Positions 28,895-39,722 of a stretch of 64,000 bases of DNA are shown here, in pieces. How positions within the stretch are numbered: the stretch's first letter is position 1; each line of letters opens with the position of its first letter. Made by a program: the position numbers and the translations under genes. Source of the stretch: Candidatus Bathyarchaeia archaeon (GTDB lineage Archaea; Thermoproteota; Bathyarchaeia; Bathyarchaeales; Bathycorpusculaceae); the NCBI GenBank assembly GCA_050015395.1, contig JBEKBM010000012.1, positions 19,498 to 83,497 on the forward strand, read 5' to 3'. A model generated the notes under the pieces. That model saw nothing but the letters and a program-made list of their open reading frames with translations. It was not told the origin of the DNA and did not search any database.

Positions 28895-30511
28895 TTGGTA
28901 CCTTCAACCTTGAAAAACGAAAATGCCTTACGGGAAATCATAAACATTCTAATGGAAATGCCGCATCCCACACGTGAAGAAGCGAACCGCCTAAAAATAA
29001 AAACCGCAGCCAAATACCAACTTGAGGAGGTGCCGTCAAACGCTGATTTAATAAGGCTTTTAACGCCAAAAGAAGCAAAGCGCCTTTTACCCATTTTGCG
29101 AAGGAAGACAACGCGCACAATCTCTGGAGTAACAGTAGTCGCCACCATGACTAAACCCTACCCGTGTCCACAGCCAGAACCATGCGCCTACTGCCCCGGA
29201 GGACCAACCCAGGGCTCTCCGCAAAGTTACACTGGACATGAGCCGGCAGCCATGCGCGGAACCCAAAACAACTTCGACCCCTACATGCAAGTCAGAAGCC
29301 GCATCGACCAGCTCTCAGCAATTGGGCACAAAGTGGATAAAATCGAGCTAATCGTCATGGGAGGAACTTTCCCCGCAACGCCCGTGGAGTACCAAACGTG
29401 GTTTATCCAACGCTGCCTAGACGCAATAACAGGCAAAAACTCCCAGAGCTTAGAGGAGGCAAAAGCAAACGCTGAAACAAGCAAAACTCGCAACGTAGGC
29501 ATAACCGTGGAAACTCGTCCAGACTGGGCAAAACAACCGCACATAAACGCAATGCTGGACATGGGAGTAACGCGCATTGAACTTGGCGTACAAAACCCAG
29601 ACGACGAGATATACCGTTTAGTCGGCAGAACCCACACTGTAGCAGACGTAGAAGAAGCAACACGCATCGCAAAGGACGCGGGACTCAAAATTGTTTACCA
29701 CTTAATGCCTGGAATGCCCGGCTCCAACCCGCAAAAGGACCTTGCCGCGTTCAAGCGGGTTTTCACTGACCCAGCCTTCAAGCCAGACATGATTAAAATT
29801 TACCCGTGCCTGTGCATCGCTGGCACAAAAGCCAATGAATGGTACCAAAGCGGCACCTACAAACCCTACACAACAGAACAAGCGGTTGAACTTATCGCTG
29901 AAGTCAAAAAGTTCATCCCGCCGTGGGTAAGAGTGATGCGTGTTCAACGGGACATTCCAGCAGGACTCATCTTGGCTGGTGTTAAGAAGAGCAACCTACG
30001 CCAACTTGTGCATGAACAACTCAAGGCGCAAGGCGACAAGTGCCAATGCATCCGATGCAGAGAAGTGGGGCACAGAATGGCAGTTGACCATGTGAAGCCA
30101 GATCTGGAAAAAATCAAAATCCAATCAATCAGGTATGATGCTTCCGAGGGCAAGGAAGTCTTCATTTCAGCCGAAGATCAACAAAATAACATCCTGTTAG
30201 GCTATTTGCGTTTGCGTGTACCATCCGCGAAGGCGCACAGGCCAGAAATCGCCGTTGCACCATCCGCTATTGTTCGTGAGCTTCACGTTTACGGTCCACT
30301 TGTGCCAGTTGGAAAACACTCTGTTGGCGCTTGGCAGCATAAAGGCTTTGGTGCAGACTTGCTAAGGGAAGCGGAACGCATGGCGCTTGAGGATTATGAT
30401 TTGAAAAAGCTTTTAGTTATAAGTGCGTTAGGAACAAGAAGATATTACATGCGTTTCGGTTACGAGCGCGATGGAGTTTACGTATCCAAAAAACTGGAGA
30501 ACCCTCGATGA
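28895..30511 (+). CDS. elp3: tRNA uridine(34) acetyltransferase Elp3 (radical SAM + GNAT)
   Basis: CPQPEPCAYCPGG, QSYTGHEPA, ETRPD, KIYP, RELHVYG, WQHKGFG. Confidence 0.95.
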   Translation: MVPSTLKNENALREIINILMEMPHPTREEANRLKIKTAAKYQLEEVPSNADLIRLLTPKEAKRLLPILRRKTTRTISGVTVVATMTKPYPCPQPEPCAYCPGGPTQGSPQSYTGHEPAAMRGTQNNFDPYMQVRSRIDQLSAIGHKVDKIELIVMGGTFPATPVEYQTWFIQRCLDAITGKNSQSLEEAKANAETSKTRNVGITVETRPDWAKQPHINAMLDMGVTRIELGVQNPDDEIYRLVGRTHTVADVEEATRIAKDAGLKIVYHLMPGMPGSNPQKDLAAFKRVFTDPAFKPDMIKIYPCLCIAGTKANEWYQSGTYKPYTTEQAVELIAEVKKFIPPWVRVMRVQRDIPAGLILAGVKKSNLRQLVHEQLKAQGDKCQCIRCREVGHRMAVDHVKPDLEKIKIQSIRYDASEGKEVFISAEDQQNNILLGYLRLRVPSAKAHRPEIAVAPSAIVRELHVYGPLVPVGKHSVGAWQHKGFGADLLREAERMALEDYDLKKLLVISALGTRRYYMRFGYERDGVYVSKKLENPR

Positions 30512-31866
30512 GTCAACTTGAAAATTCAGGTTACAAGGGCTCAGCCTTAGAAGCCCTCAAAAAGGCGGACTGCGACGTTGGAGACATCATACGAGTCATC
30601 AGCAAAGGCAAAAACTATGAAGGCATCCTTATTCCCCGCTCAGAACTAGGCGAAGGCACCGCCGTCATCGTTAAAATGAAAAGCGGCTACAACATCGGCA
30701 TACGCATTACACCAGAAGTTAAAATTGAAAAAATCGGGAAAGGCGCAAAACCCGCTTTCGCTTCGCCGCCCCTGCCAAAACAGAACCCAGCTTTGCCCCA
30801 TGTTGTGATAATGAGCACGGGCGGAACAATCGCCAGCCGAGTTGACTACCGCACAGGAGCAGTACGCTCAGCACTTTCCGCAAGCGACCTCTACGGCGTA
30901 GTTCCAGAACTCTCAGACGTTGCCCAAGTTGACACAGAAATAGTCTTCAGCTTATACAGTGAAAACATAACCCAGAAACACTGGAAAGAACTCGCAGAAA
31001 CAGTAGCGAAACGCATTGAAGAAGGCGTAGACGGCGTGGTAATTGCGCACGGCACAGATACGATGGCTTACACTTCAGCCGCGTTAAGCTTCGCACTGCA
31101 AAACCTGCCTGTCCCAGTCATAGTTGTTGGCGCTCAACGTTCCTCTGACCGCCCAAGCAGTGACGCAGCAACAAACCTTATCGGTGCGGTGAAAGCCGCT
31201 GGGGAAGGACCGTTCGCGGAAGTAGGCTTAGCCATGCATGAAGCCGTCTCCGACACCGCTATTGTCATTCATAGGGGAACAAAAGTCCGCAAATGCCACA
31301 CAAGCCGACGAGACACCTTCAAATCAATCAACGGGTTCCCAATGGCAAGAGTAAAAAATCAACAAGTAACCATGCTAACAAACCAGTACCAGCACCGTGA
31401 CACATCAAAAAAGCTGGTTCTGAAACCAAATTTCAGCGAAAAAGCCGCTTTAATCAAATTTTACCCAGGGCTTGACCCAGCAATCATCGACTGGTATGTC
31501 GACAAAGGCGCAAGGGGCATTTTGCTGGAAGGCTCAGGTTTAGGTCACGTAAGCAAATACTGCTTTGACAGCATCAAAAACGCTGTTGCAAAAGGCGTAG
31601 TGGTTGCGTTGGCTTCCCAGTGCATTTGGGGAAGAGTAAACATGAACGTGTACGACACGGGCAGAGACTTGCTATCCTTCGGCGTAATCCCAATGGATGA
31701 CATGTTCCCTGAAACAGCCCTTGTCAAGCTAATGTGGGTTCTGGGACAAACCGACAGCCCGCAAGAAGCAGCGAAGCTTTTGAAAACTAACGTTGCGGGA
31801 GAATTCTCGCCAAGAACGCTTCCTCAAGAAGACATCTTTGAAGGAGGAGAAAAAGTTGGCAATTGA
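30508..31866 (+). CDS. gatD: Glu-tRNA(Gln) amidotransferase subunit D
   Basis: KMKSGYNIG, TGGTIASRVDY, HGTDTM, GAQRSSDRPSSD. Confidence 0.96.
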   Translation: MSQLENSGYKGSALEALKKADCDVGDIIRVISKGKNYEGILIPRSELGEGTAVIVKMKSGYNIGIRITPEVKIEKIGKGAKPAFASPPLPKQNPALPHVVIMSTGGTIASRVDYRTGAVRSALSASDLYGVVPELSDVAQVDTEIVFSLYSENITQKHWKELAETVAKRIEEGVDGVVIAHGTDTMAYTSAALSFALQNLPVPVIVVGAQRSSDRPSSDAATNLIGAVKAAGEGPFAEVGLAMHEAVSDTAIVIHRGTKVRKCHTSRRDTFKSINGFPMARVKNQQVTMLTNQYQHRDTSKKLVLKPNFSEKAALIKFYPGLDPAIIDWYVDKGARGILLEGSGLGHVSKYCFDSIKNAVAKGVVVALASQCIWGRVNMNVYDTGRDLLSFGVIPMDDMFPETALVKLMWVLGQTDSPQEAAKLLKTNVAGEFSPRTLPQEDIFEGGEKVGN

Positions 31867-33751
31867 CTACGCTAAAGTAGGGTTAAAAGTTGGTTTAGAA
31901 ATCCACCAGCAACTGAACGCAAAAACAAAACTGTTCTGCAGTTGCCCGCTTGAACTCTTCAAGGAAGAGCCAGAAATCACTTTCCTACGCAGGCTAAGAC
32001 CAACGCAGAGTGAACTAGGCCAAGTTGACCCTGCTGCATATTTTGAGTTCCAGAAAGGCGTAAAAATCCTCTACGAAGCAAACAAAGCAAGCGCGTGCCT
32101 TGTGGAAATGGATGAGGAACCACCGCACCCCATAAACACGGAAGCAGTCGAGATTGTGCTAACAGTAGCATTAATGACGAACTCTGTGCCGATTGATGAA
32201 GTTCACGTTATGCGCAAAACCGTCATTGACGGCTCTAACACAAGTGGTTTTCAGCGAACATGCATTATTGCCTCTGACGGATGGATTAAGGTTGGAGAAA
32301 AAACCATTCCAATCCAAGCTTTAAGCCTAGAAGAGGATGCAGCGCGCAAAACAGGAACAGAAAACGAGGGCAAAACGATTCGTTACCGCATAGACCGCTT
32401 AGGCATACCGCTCATCGAAGTCACCACTGGACCAGTAATCTACTCGCCAATGGAAGCACAGGAAGTCGCGTTCGCCATAGGCAGGATTTTACGCGATACT
32501 GGCAAAGTAATGCGCGGTTTAGGCACTATACGTCAAGACTTGAACGTGTCCTTGCCAAATGGCGCTTTGATTGAGATTAAAGGTGTCCAAGAGCTTGAGT
32601 TAATCTCTAAAGTGGTAGATTACGAGGTTCAACGGCAACTTGGGCTTATCAGCGTAAAAGAGGAACTCACAAAGCGAGGCGTTAAAACAGAAGACCTAAA
32701 GCAAGAATTCGTTGACGTTTCAAATATCTTTAAGGAAACAAAATGCAAAGTCATCCAAAAAGCAATTGACAAAAACCAGAAAGTCCTAGCTGTTAAGCTG
32801 CCAAAGTTCGCAGGACTCTTAAAACGTGAACTTATGCCTGACTTCCGCGTTGGAACCGAACTTTCTGATAGGGCAAAGTTCTGGGGCAGAGTCGGCGGAA
32901 TATTCCACACTGACGAAATGCCCAATTACGACATCACCCCCCAAGAAGTAGAAGCCTTAAGAAAAACGGTTGATGCAGGTGAATTGGACGCGGCAGTTTT
33001 CGTTGCTGACACGGCAGAAAACGTTTTGGACGCCTTAAAAGCCGTTGTTGAACGTGCACAAGAAGCAGTAACTGGTGTTCCAGCTGAAACTCGCACGGCA
33101 AAAGAGGATGGAACAACAAGGTATATGCGCCCAAGACCAGGAGCAGCAAGAATGTACCCTGAAACCGACATCCCGCCAACACTGATAACCGACGACTTAA
33201 TGGAGACGGTTCGCAACAACTTGCCTGAGCCTGCCGAAAAGAAACTCTCACGCTTGATTAAGCAGTACGGTTTAAATGAGAAGTTAGCCAAGCAAATTGC
33301 CGACTCAGAATATAACCTTCTATTCGAAGAAATCGTGAAAGAAACTGGGGTTCAAGCTTCAACTGTGGCAGCGTTCTTAACTGAAACACTCAAGGCTCTG
33401 AAACGTGATGGTGCCCAAGTTGAAAAAGTCGGAGAAGACCAAATAAAAAGTATTTTTAGGGCTGTCGGTTCAGGAGAACTTACGAAAGAGGCTGTGCCAG
33501 ATGTTTTTAGCTGGCTTTCAAAAAACGAGGGCAAATCCGTGCAGGATGCCGTAGCCGCCTTGGGTTTGAAAATGTTAACTGAAGCTGAGTTGGCGCCGAT
33601 TGTTGACCGCGCGGTTGCAGCTAGCAAGCAGTCAGTTGATAAGTTGGGTAAGAATGCTTACGGAATGCTTATGGGCGCTGTAATGAAGGAAGTGCGTGGA
33701 AAGGCTAATCCTGAATTGGTTGCCAAACTGTTGAGGGAACGCCTCAAATAA
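31856..33751 (+). CDS. gatE: Glu-tRNA(Gln) amidotransferase subunit E
   Basis: GLEIHQQL, RRLRPTQSELG, RKTVIDGSNTSGFQRT, RPRPGAARMYPETD; TTG start at 31856 after GGAGG. Confidence 0.96.
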   Translation: MAIDYAKVGLKVGLEIHQQLNAKTKLFCSCPLELFKEEPEITFLRRLRPTQSELGQVDPAAYFEFQKGVKILYEANKASACLVEMDEEPPHPINTEAVEIVLTVALMTNSVPIDEVHVMRKTVIDGSNTSGFQRTCIIASDGWIKVGEKTIPIQALSLEEDAARKTGTENEGKTIRYRIDRLGIPLIEVTTGPVIYSPMEAQEVAFAIGRILRDTGKVMRGLGTIRQDLNVSLPNGALIEIKGVQELELISKVVDYEVQRQLGLISVKEELTKRGVKTEDLKQEFVDVSNIFKETKCKVIQKAIDKNQKVLAVKLPKFAGLLKRELMPDFRVGTELSDRAKFWGRVGGIFHTDEMPNYDITPQEVEALRKTVDAGELDAAVFVADTAENVLDALKAVVERAQEAVTGVPAETRTAKEDGTTRYMRPRPGAARMYPETDIPPTLITDDLMETVRNNLPEPAEKKLSRLIKQYGLNEKLAKQIADSEYNLLFEEIVKETGVQASTVAAFLTETLKALKRDGAQVEKVGEDQIKSIFRAVGSGELTKEAVPDVFSWLSKNEGKSVQDAVAALGLKMLTEAELAPIVDRAVAASKQSVDKLGKNAYGMLMGAVMKEVRGKANPELVAKLLRERLK

Positions 33752-33837
33752 CACTTTTTTCTTGCAAAAACCAGCGCTGAGGCGCAAATCCTAAAAAGGC
33801 TTAACATAGCTTATAGCAAGTAAGTGGAAGAGTTAAA

Positions 33838-34308
33838 ATGAAGCGTATTGAAGCACGTATTAAAACTCCTTTCGGAGAAGTGGTCATTGAGGGAGAAAAT
33901 CCCCAAGAAATTCTTGACATGCTTGGAGTTATCCCAGAAGGTTTCGTTGAGAAACTAAACGATTTTGTGTCTAACAAACTTACACCGTCAGGGGCACAGT
34001 TAAAAGGTATCGTTGAACCCACAACCGAAGGCCCAGTAATAGTTACACGTGAAAAGCTCACGCATTATGAGGCTGTAGGATTGATTCTTTACGCTTCAGA
34101 AGAAAAAAAGAGTACCGCAGCCCAAGTTACTAAACTTTTAGACTCTAGCGGCATAAACGCTATGGTTCCTGCACGATTAAATGAAATGACCAAGCGTGGA
34201 CAAATATTCAAGCCCGACCCGAATAAGCCAGAGTTTAAGCTTACAATTCAAGGTGAGAAATGGATTGAAGAAGAGGTTCTCACGAAGCTTAGAGGCAAAA
34301 TGAGTTGA
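33838..34308 (+). CDS. Hypothetical protein with probable C-terminal winged helix
   Basis: ARLNEMTKRGQI...FKLTIQGEKW resembles wHTH wing. Confidence 0.65.
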   Translation: MKRIEARIKTPFGEVVIEGENPQEILDMLGVIPEGFVEKLNDFVSNKLTPSGAQLKGIVEPTTEGPVIVTREKLTHYEAVGLILYASEEKKSTAAQVTKLLDSSGINAMVPARLNEMTKRGQIFKPDPNKPEFKLTIQGEKWIEEEVLTKLRGKMS

Positions 34309-34817
34309 GCATTAAAGCAGAAAAAATCCAGGTTCAAATCAAATATAAAGGAATTGAGCAGCAGTTTTCCGCTGACCCGCAAGACGCATGGCTTCTGGTA
34401 AACCAGTTTTTCAAAGACTTTATTCCCTCATTCGAAATAGCCCAGAAACTTTGGCTCAGCGTCGACCTTCAACAACTCGCCAAAGAACTAAATGGCATAG
34501 TGGCTTTTTCATGTGATGGCGCAAGCCTGCTGGCTCCTAAGAGCAAGTTAACGGATAATGAAGCTTTATCGATTTGGCTAACAGCCCAGTACCTTGGGCA
34601 TAAACTAGGCATGCTCAACAGCGACTCACTATCAAAAGATGAGTTGCAAGCTAAGCTTGGAAAAAGCGGCAAAATAACCAGCACACGCTTAGGCGAACTG
34701 GCAAAAAACGGTGTAGTGCAGAAGACTGCTGACGATAAGTTTAGGATAACAACCTACGGCGTTATGCAAACGCAAAAAGAGGTTATTCCAAAAATCAAAT
34801 CAAAAATTAAAGCCTAA
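34305..34817 (+). CDS. Hypothetical protein with probable C-terminal winged helix
   Basis: ITSTRLGELAKNGVVQK...FRITTYG; 4-nt overlap with the previous gene. Confidence 0.65.
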   Translation: MSIKAEKIQVQIKYKGIEQQFSADPQDAWLLVNQFFKDFIPSFEIAQKLWLSVDLQQLAKELNGIVAFSCDGASLLAPKSKLTDNEALSIWLTAQYLGHKLGMLNSDSLSKDELQAKLGKSGKITSTRLGELAKNGVVQKTADDKFRITTYGVMQTQKEVIPKIKSKIKA

Positions 34818-35229
34818 ATTTCTTCTTAACAAGTGAAGACAGTAGATTCGCAGGGCAAAAAGGGTTTGTGGTTTTGTTTAAAAGTTAACCTTTGGATTTA
34901 GGTTTTCTATTGCTCTGGGTTTTCAAAAGGGCTCCTTTAATATCTGTGTGATCTCTACCTACCTGGTAGGTCACAAAATATATACGTTTTGCATATACGT
35001 TTGTATATACACTGGGCATGTGCCTAAAGCGTTTAAGCCTAGTGCGAGGTCTTGTAAGTAAGTGCTCTTATCCATTGAAAGAATCTCTTAATACTGACAG
35101 GCTCTTGAGTGAATACTCCGCGTCATCGTTTCAGCAGGTTTCACGCCCAACTAAAGCTTACTTGCGGAACTACTAGAAGAGCAAAATGTATATTACTTGC
35201 ATGCTACACATTTTTATTGAGGTTGGCTA

Positions 35230-35484
35230 ATGAATTTTTCAATCTTACTGCCGACAATATATTCAATTCTCAGCAGTTTGGGACTCGGATCATTAAACAT
35301 ACCTTTTCTCATCATTCTGGTCATAATTGGCTTGATAATAATAATTCTGATAAAGCTATTTCTAGTGCTGATTCCTGCAATTATCGTTGCTGCCATCGTA
35401 TATTTCCTTTCTGGCCATGACCTGTTTTGGACTGGCATTGCCTTCCTAATAGTTGCGCTCTTATCGATACTATCCAAAATATGA
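35230..35484 (+). CDS. Small membrane protein
   Basis: 84 aa, almost entirely hydrophobic, GAGG RBS. Confidence 0.65.
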   Translation: MNFSILLPTIYSILSSLGLGSLNIPFLIILVIIGLIIIILIKLFLVLIPAIIVAAIVYFLSGHDLFWTGIAFLIVALLSILSKI

Positions 35485-35680
35485 AAAGCCTCTAAACATC
35501 AAATAAACAAGTTTCTTCTTTTTTTAACCACTTTGCTGACAAACGCTTTCTATAACTTGTTCTCTGAAAGAGCCTAAATAAGATTTTATTTTTCAGTTGC
35601 GTTAATGGTGTTTCATAAGACTTTTATATTGGGTCATGGGTTCTTGGTTATTACAAGAAATCCATTAGGAACACGATAAT

Positions 35681-35923
35681 ATGATGGAACCAAGTAAAAA
35701 ACCGTTGAATGTCCTCATAAAACAATTGCATGGAAATATTGAAGTCGTTCTTAAAAATGGTTTCGACTATAAGGGAAAAATGATAAAATGCGACGGGCAC
35801 ATGAACATTCTTCTTGAAGGCGCAAACGAATCCAAAGACGAACAATTAATGACAAACTACGGCAATGTGCTGCTTCGCGGAAACAACGTTCTCTACATTG
35901 TCCTAGACGCCGATAAGCATTAA
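35681..35923 (+). CDS. Sm-like archaeal protein (SmAP/Lsm)
   Basis: Sm1 KPLNVL...GKMIKCDGHMNILL; Sm2 YGNVLLRGNNVLYI. Confidence 0.93.
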   Translation: MMEPSKKPLNVLIKQLHGNIEVVLKNGFDYKGKMIKCDGHMNILLEGANESKDEQLMTNYGNVLLRGNNVLYIVLDADKH

Positions 35924-36819
35924 ATAGCCAAACTTCTGGTTTTCCCAGTCACGTAATCGCAGGCTTCTTCAATAGCCACTTTTAAGTTAAACTTGCGGTT
36001 GAAAAAAGTAAGTACGTTTTTAAGGTCTCGCTCAAGCAATTCCTCCGCGTTTGCATGATCAGTCATCACGTATTGTGGCCAGTCAATAATGAGGATATGC
36101 CCATCAGGTTTTAGGATGATGTTGTAGTCGCTGAGGTCTGCGTGAATAATGTGCGCTTTCAAGTACGCTTTCCTTACATTGCGCAATATTTCTTTTAGGA
36201 TTTTTTCAGGCTTTTGAATCTCTTTATATTTGGATAATTCTGCACCTTCAATCATTCCCATGGCAATAACGTGTCTGTTTTGGCTTATTGGCTCTGGTAC
36301 TGAAACGCCGTTTTTGTAAACAAGTTGCATCGCTTGGAACTCTTTTTCTGCTGATACATGCGATTGGAAAAGCCATGAGGAGTGTTCGCGTATGTAGCCT
36401 CTTTTTCTTCTTGTTTGCCTAAAGCTTATTCTTCCTAGCCTATGAAATTTCACGGCTATGCGTTTGCCGTCGGGGCTTAATGCGTCATAAACATCCGCTT
36501 CTTTTCCAACGCCTAGGGATTGCCCAAACGAGTCAATTACTCCTGCTTTGACAAGGGTATTTATCGCTAGGCAATCGTAGCCTGCATAGTTTAAGGTGTG
36601 CCCAACATAAGCTCCTTTTGTTCGGTAAATTAATCCTAGCTTGTTCAGCTTGCCCAACGTAAATTCTATACGTTCCATTGGCAGTTTTGCGTATTTTTGT
36701 ATTTGCTCTATAGGTACAAATTCGCGTTTGCTCATAGCAGCTTCGATAATGTTTAGTATTCTGAAATCTTCGCTTTCAAGTTGTCGGAATACTTTGACTG
36801 CTACTTCAGCACTTGACAC
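35920..36819 (-). CDS. rio2: RIO2-type Ser/Thr kinase
   Basis: N-terminal wHTH; GVGKEADVY, KFHRLGRISF, HADLSDYNI, IDWPQ. Confidence 0.93.
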   Translation of the reverse strand: MSSAEVAVKVFRQLESEDFRILNIIEAAMSKREFVPIEQIQKYAKLPMERIEFTLGKLNKLGLIYRTKGAYVGHTLNYAGYDCLAINTLVKAGVIDSFGQSLGVGKEADVYDALSPDGKRIAVKFHRLGRISFRQTRRKRGYIREHSSWLFQSHVSAEKEFQAMQLVYKNGVSVPEPISQNRHVIAMGMIEGAELSKYKEIQKPEKILKEILRNVRKAYLKAHIIHADLSDYNIILKPDGHILIIDWPQYVMTDHANAEELLERDLKNVLTFFNRKFNLKVAIEEACDYVTGKTRSLAI

Positions 36820-36979
36820 ACTTATGATGTAGGTTGCTTTTCACTTAAACACTATGTTCCCGTAGCATTAACAGAGTTTTTTGGGTTGGACTTATATGGA
36901 AGTAATGTAAGAATATGGTTAAATATGCCAAAACCGCCCACAAATAATAGATGTTTGATGTAACGTTTGGTTTTGAAAC

Positions 36980-37702
36980 ATGGCAGTAGATCAAGAAAAT
37001 ATTTCAAAGATACTTTCAATCCTTTCGCATTCTTTGCGAAGGGAAATACTGCTGAACCTGAGCGAAAAAAGCGAGTCATCCTTCACTGACTTGCTTAACC
37101 TGCTAAAGGTTGATACTGGAAAATTAAGTTTTCACCTTCGCTCGTTAGAGGTTTTCATAGAGCAAACCCCTACGGGCAAGTACAAATTAAGCAGGGCTGG
37201 TGAAAGCGCAGTAAGAGTTATCCATGACGTAGAAGGCTGGGCAGAAGTAGCGGATGTACAAAGAAAAGAAAGCCAACTTCCGCTTGCTTCTCTAAAAAAC
37301 AGAATTTCAGCTTTCGTAATTGATTTTGCGTTAATACTTGCAATCACGATGGCAATTATTTTTCTTCCCCAACTCATTTCTATGTCTGCGGCAACCTTTT
37401 TCGCGGCATTAACCAGAACAGTACTTTTCATTACTGTGGGTCTTCTTTGGCTTTATTCTACTTTGCTTGAAGGATTTAACAGTCAAACCATAGGCAAACG
37501 CATTATGGGTTTGAAGGTCGTTAGAACTGATGGAAAGAAAATGTCCTATGACCATGCAGCAGTAAGGAACTTTGGGAAAATTTTGCCTCTGTTGCCCTTT
37601 GACTTAATTATTGGGTGGCGACTGAAAAATCCCACATTCATGAGGTACTTTGACAAGTTTGCCGGTACAACCGTCATTGACCTGCGTTCATCTCACCTAT
37701 AG
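36980..37702 (+). CDS. wHTH (ArsR-like) plus RDD domain membrane protein
   Basis: LSHSLRREIL...TGKLSFHLRSL; RISAFVID, QTIGKRIMGLKVV, DKFAGTTV. Confidence 0.85.
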   Translation: MAVDQENISKILSILSHSLRREILLNLSEKSESSFTDLLNLLKVDTGKLSFHLRSLEVFIEQTPTGKYKLSRAGESAVRVIHDVEGWAEVADVQRKESQLPLASLKNRISAFVIDFALILAITMAIIFLPQLISMSAATFFAALTRTVLFITVGLLWLYSTLLEGFNSQTIGKRIMGLKVVRTDGKKMSYDHAAVRNFGKILPLLPFDLIIGWRLKNPTFMRYFDKFAGTTVIDLRSSHL

Positions 37703-37774
37703 TATTCCCCTCATTTTTAATGTAAAATCTTATTTGGTGCCAGATGTAATAGTCTTCTACTGGACAGGATTCAC

Positions 37775-38239
37775 ATGAGCGAAATGGAACTTCGGGTGTC
37801 AAAAATTAAAGACGGCACAGTCATCGACCACATTAGAGGTGGATACGCGTTGGATGTCATCAAGATTTTAGGAATAACAGGCAAGGAAAAACGGGTAATT
37901 ACTATCGCCATTAATGTTCCAAGCAAACGTTTCGGAGTCAAGGACATCGTGAAAATTGAAGGTCGAGCACTTAACTCTCAGGAGGTTAATCGAATAGCTT
38001 TAGTGGCTCCTCACGCATCAATCAACATTATTCATAATTACAAGGTTGTTGAAAAGCTGGAAGTTAAGTTGCCGAAGGCTATTGAAGGGATAGTTAAATG
38101 CGTAAATCCGTGTTGCATAAGTAACAGCGATGAACCAGTAGCCTCAAAATTTTACGTTAAGAACGAGGAACCTTTATCGTTGAAATGCCATTATTGCGGC
38201 ATCATTTTAGAACAGGCTGATGTTCTCCAACAACTCTAG
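37775..38239 (+). CDS. pyrI: Aspartate carbamoyltransferase regulatory chain
   Basis: IKDGTVIDHI, KDIVKIE, CVNPCCISN, CHYC. Confidence 0.96.
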   Translation: MSEMELRVSKIKDGTVIDHIRGGYALDVIKILGITGKEKRVITIAINVPSKRFGVKDIVKIEGRALNSQEVNRIALVAPHASINIIHNYKVVEKLEVKLPKAIEGIVKCVNPCCISNSDEPVASKFYVKNEEPLSLKCHYCGIILEQADVLQQL

Positions 38240-38247
38240 TAACGGCT

Positions 38248-38709
38248 TCACCCTAAGCTTTCTTGCGCCAACTCAAACAATTTTTTAAAATCTTTTTCAT
38301 GAAAAACTTTGCCTTGATTTATTCCTGGGCACTCAAGCGTAAAATCAAAATTATGCAACCCTTTCTTCTCATCAAATTTTAACTCAAAGGGATAAAACAT
38401 GCAAATTAATGGTCTTAACGGGTAAATGCTGCATTGATTGTCTTTTAAGTAGACGCATTTGCCTTCACTTGTCTTTTTCATTTCATAAACGTAAGGAAGC
38501 TTATCCTTAATTTCCCCTGAAAAATCAAGTATGAGCTGGGAAGTATGAGAGGCAATCTTTTTGGCTTCGGCTTCTAAGAGGAGAATATGCCTATTTTTTT
38601 GTTTAGTGTCACCGCAGCATAAACCACATCTATTGCAGTCGAACAGTATGTTAACGGGATAGGTAAAGTCCACTTTTGGTCCACAACTAATTCTTGAAAG
38701 AGGTGCCAT
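38248..38709 (-). CDS. YkgJ family cysteine-cluster protein
   Basis: CNRCGLCC, CVYL...CSIYPLRPLICMFYPF, CPG. Confidence 0.88.
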   Translation of the reverse strand: MAPLSRISCGPKVDFTYPVNILFDCNRCGLCCGDTKQKNRHILLLEAEAKKIASHTSQLILDFSGEIKDKLPYVYEMKKTSEGKCVYLKDNQCSIYPLRPLICMFYPFELKFDEKKGLHNFDFTLECPGINQGKVFHEKDFKKLFELAQESLG

Positions 38710-38733
38710 AAAAACTTCGCAGGCTACTTTGTT

Positions 38734-39078
38734 TTATTCAGGCTGTTTATTACGGTGACCTTCGCCATACTGGAAAGAACGGCTAAAGTTTTTGTCGAGT
38801 TTTCTTTGGAATACTTCGTCGAGGTTCATGTTTGGACAAGCTAAGCGGCTTGCATCTAAAACATAAAAGATCACATCGATTAATTCTTCAGCTATTTTTT
38901 CTTCAGGCAAACCTTTTTTCCAAGCATCACTTGCTTCGCCTAGCTCTATGAAGGCAAAAAGCAGTTTCTTTGGAATGTCTTCAGGCTTATTGTAAAATCC
39001 CTTGGCAATTACAAGAGATTCTATTTGCTTCTTCATCTGTTCCAGATTCAACTTCGGTTTCGCCTCAAGACTTAACAA
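38734..39078 (-). CDS. MazG-like nucleotide pyrophosphohydrolase
   Basis: ELGEASDAWKK...EELIDVIFY. Confidence 0.8.
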   Translation of the reverse strand: MLSLEAKPKLNLEQMKKQIESLVIAKGFYNKPEDIPKKLLFAFIELGEASDAWKKGLPEEKIAEELIDVIFYVLDASRLACPNMNLDEVFQRKLDKNFSRSFQYGEGHRNKQPE

Positions 39079-39374
39079 AAACTATAGCTCCCTTATTTAT
39101 AGTTAAATCTAGGCAGCGAAAGCTTGCAAGTTGCTTGTGACTGCTATAGCACTACCACAAATTTTTATTTTATATTAAACGCGTAGGATATTATCAGCGA
39201 ACATTGCGAGTCGTTTGGCAGGCAAACCTGCTGCCATGATATGGCTCTGTCCCAAATCTGCACTATGGGGCTTAGGCTCCCAAATGTGTATTTTTGGGCA
39301 TCCTTTTAGGCGGTTAGAGTAATCTGCCAAACGGCACCTCAACATTTAAAATTTTAAAAAAATGCTCGAGCTTA

Positions 39375-39722
39375 TTACTTTTCTATTTGCTTTAGCAATT
39401 GTTCAAGCAAAGGTTTGGAGCCTGCTAAATCAATCTTTGATGTATCCCAGAGTATTTGGAGGTCTACTCCGAAGTATTCGTGGATTAGTTTGTCTCGCAT
39501 TCCAGTCATTCTTTTCCATGCAATCTCAGGATGTTCCCTTTTTACGCTTGCAGGGATGTTTTTCGCTGCTTCTCATATGACAGCGAAATTCCTTATGACC
39601 GCATCGATAGTTTTATTGTCTTTGGAGAATTGCTCAAACGTTAGTCTCTCCAAGTACTGGTTTATTCTTCCAATGGCTTCCAAAATATCTTGAATATACA
39701 TTCTATAGTCTTTTTCACGCAT
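39375..39722 (-). pseudogene. HepT (DUF86/HEPN) toxin with in-frame stop
   Basis: MREKDYRMYIQDILEAI...DAVIRNFAVI*EAAKNIP...WKRMTGMRDKLIHEYFGVD; TGA at 39573-39575 replaces the conserved Gly; RxxxxH intact. Confidence 0.85.

Noticed and set aside
34979-35010. Short tandem ATATACGTTT repeat
   Set aside because: Only two copies in low-complexity AT-rich sequence
39573-39575. TGA recoding (Sec or Gly/Trp) in HepT linked to the odd aRF1
   Set aside because: A single G-to-T change at a Gly codon explains it, and TGA terminates many intact genes here
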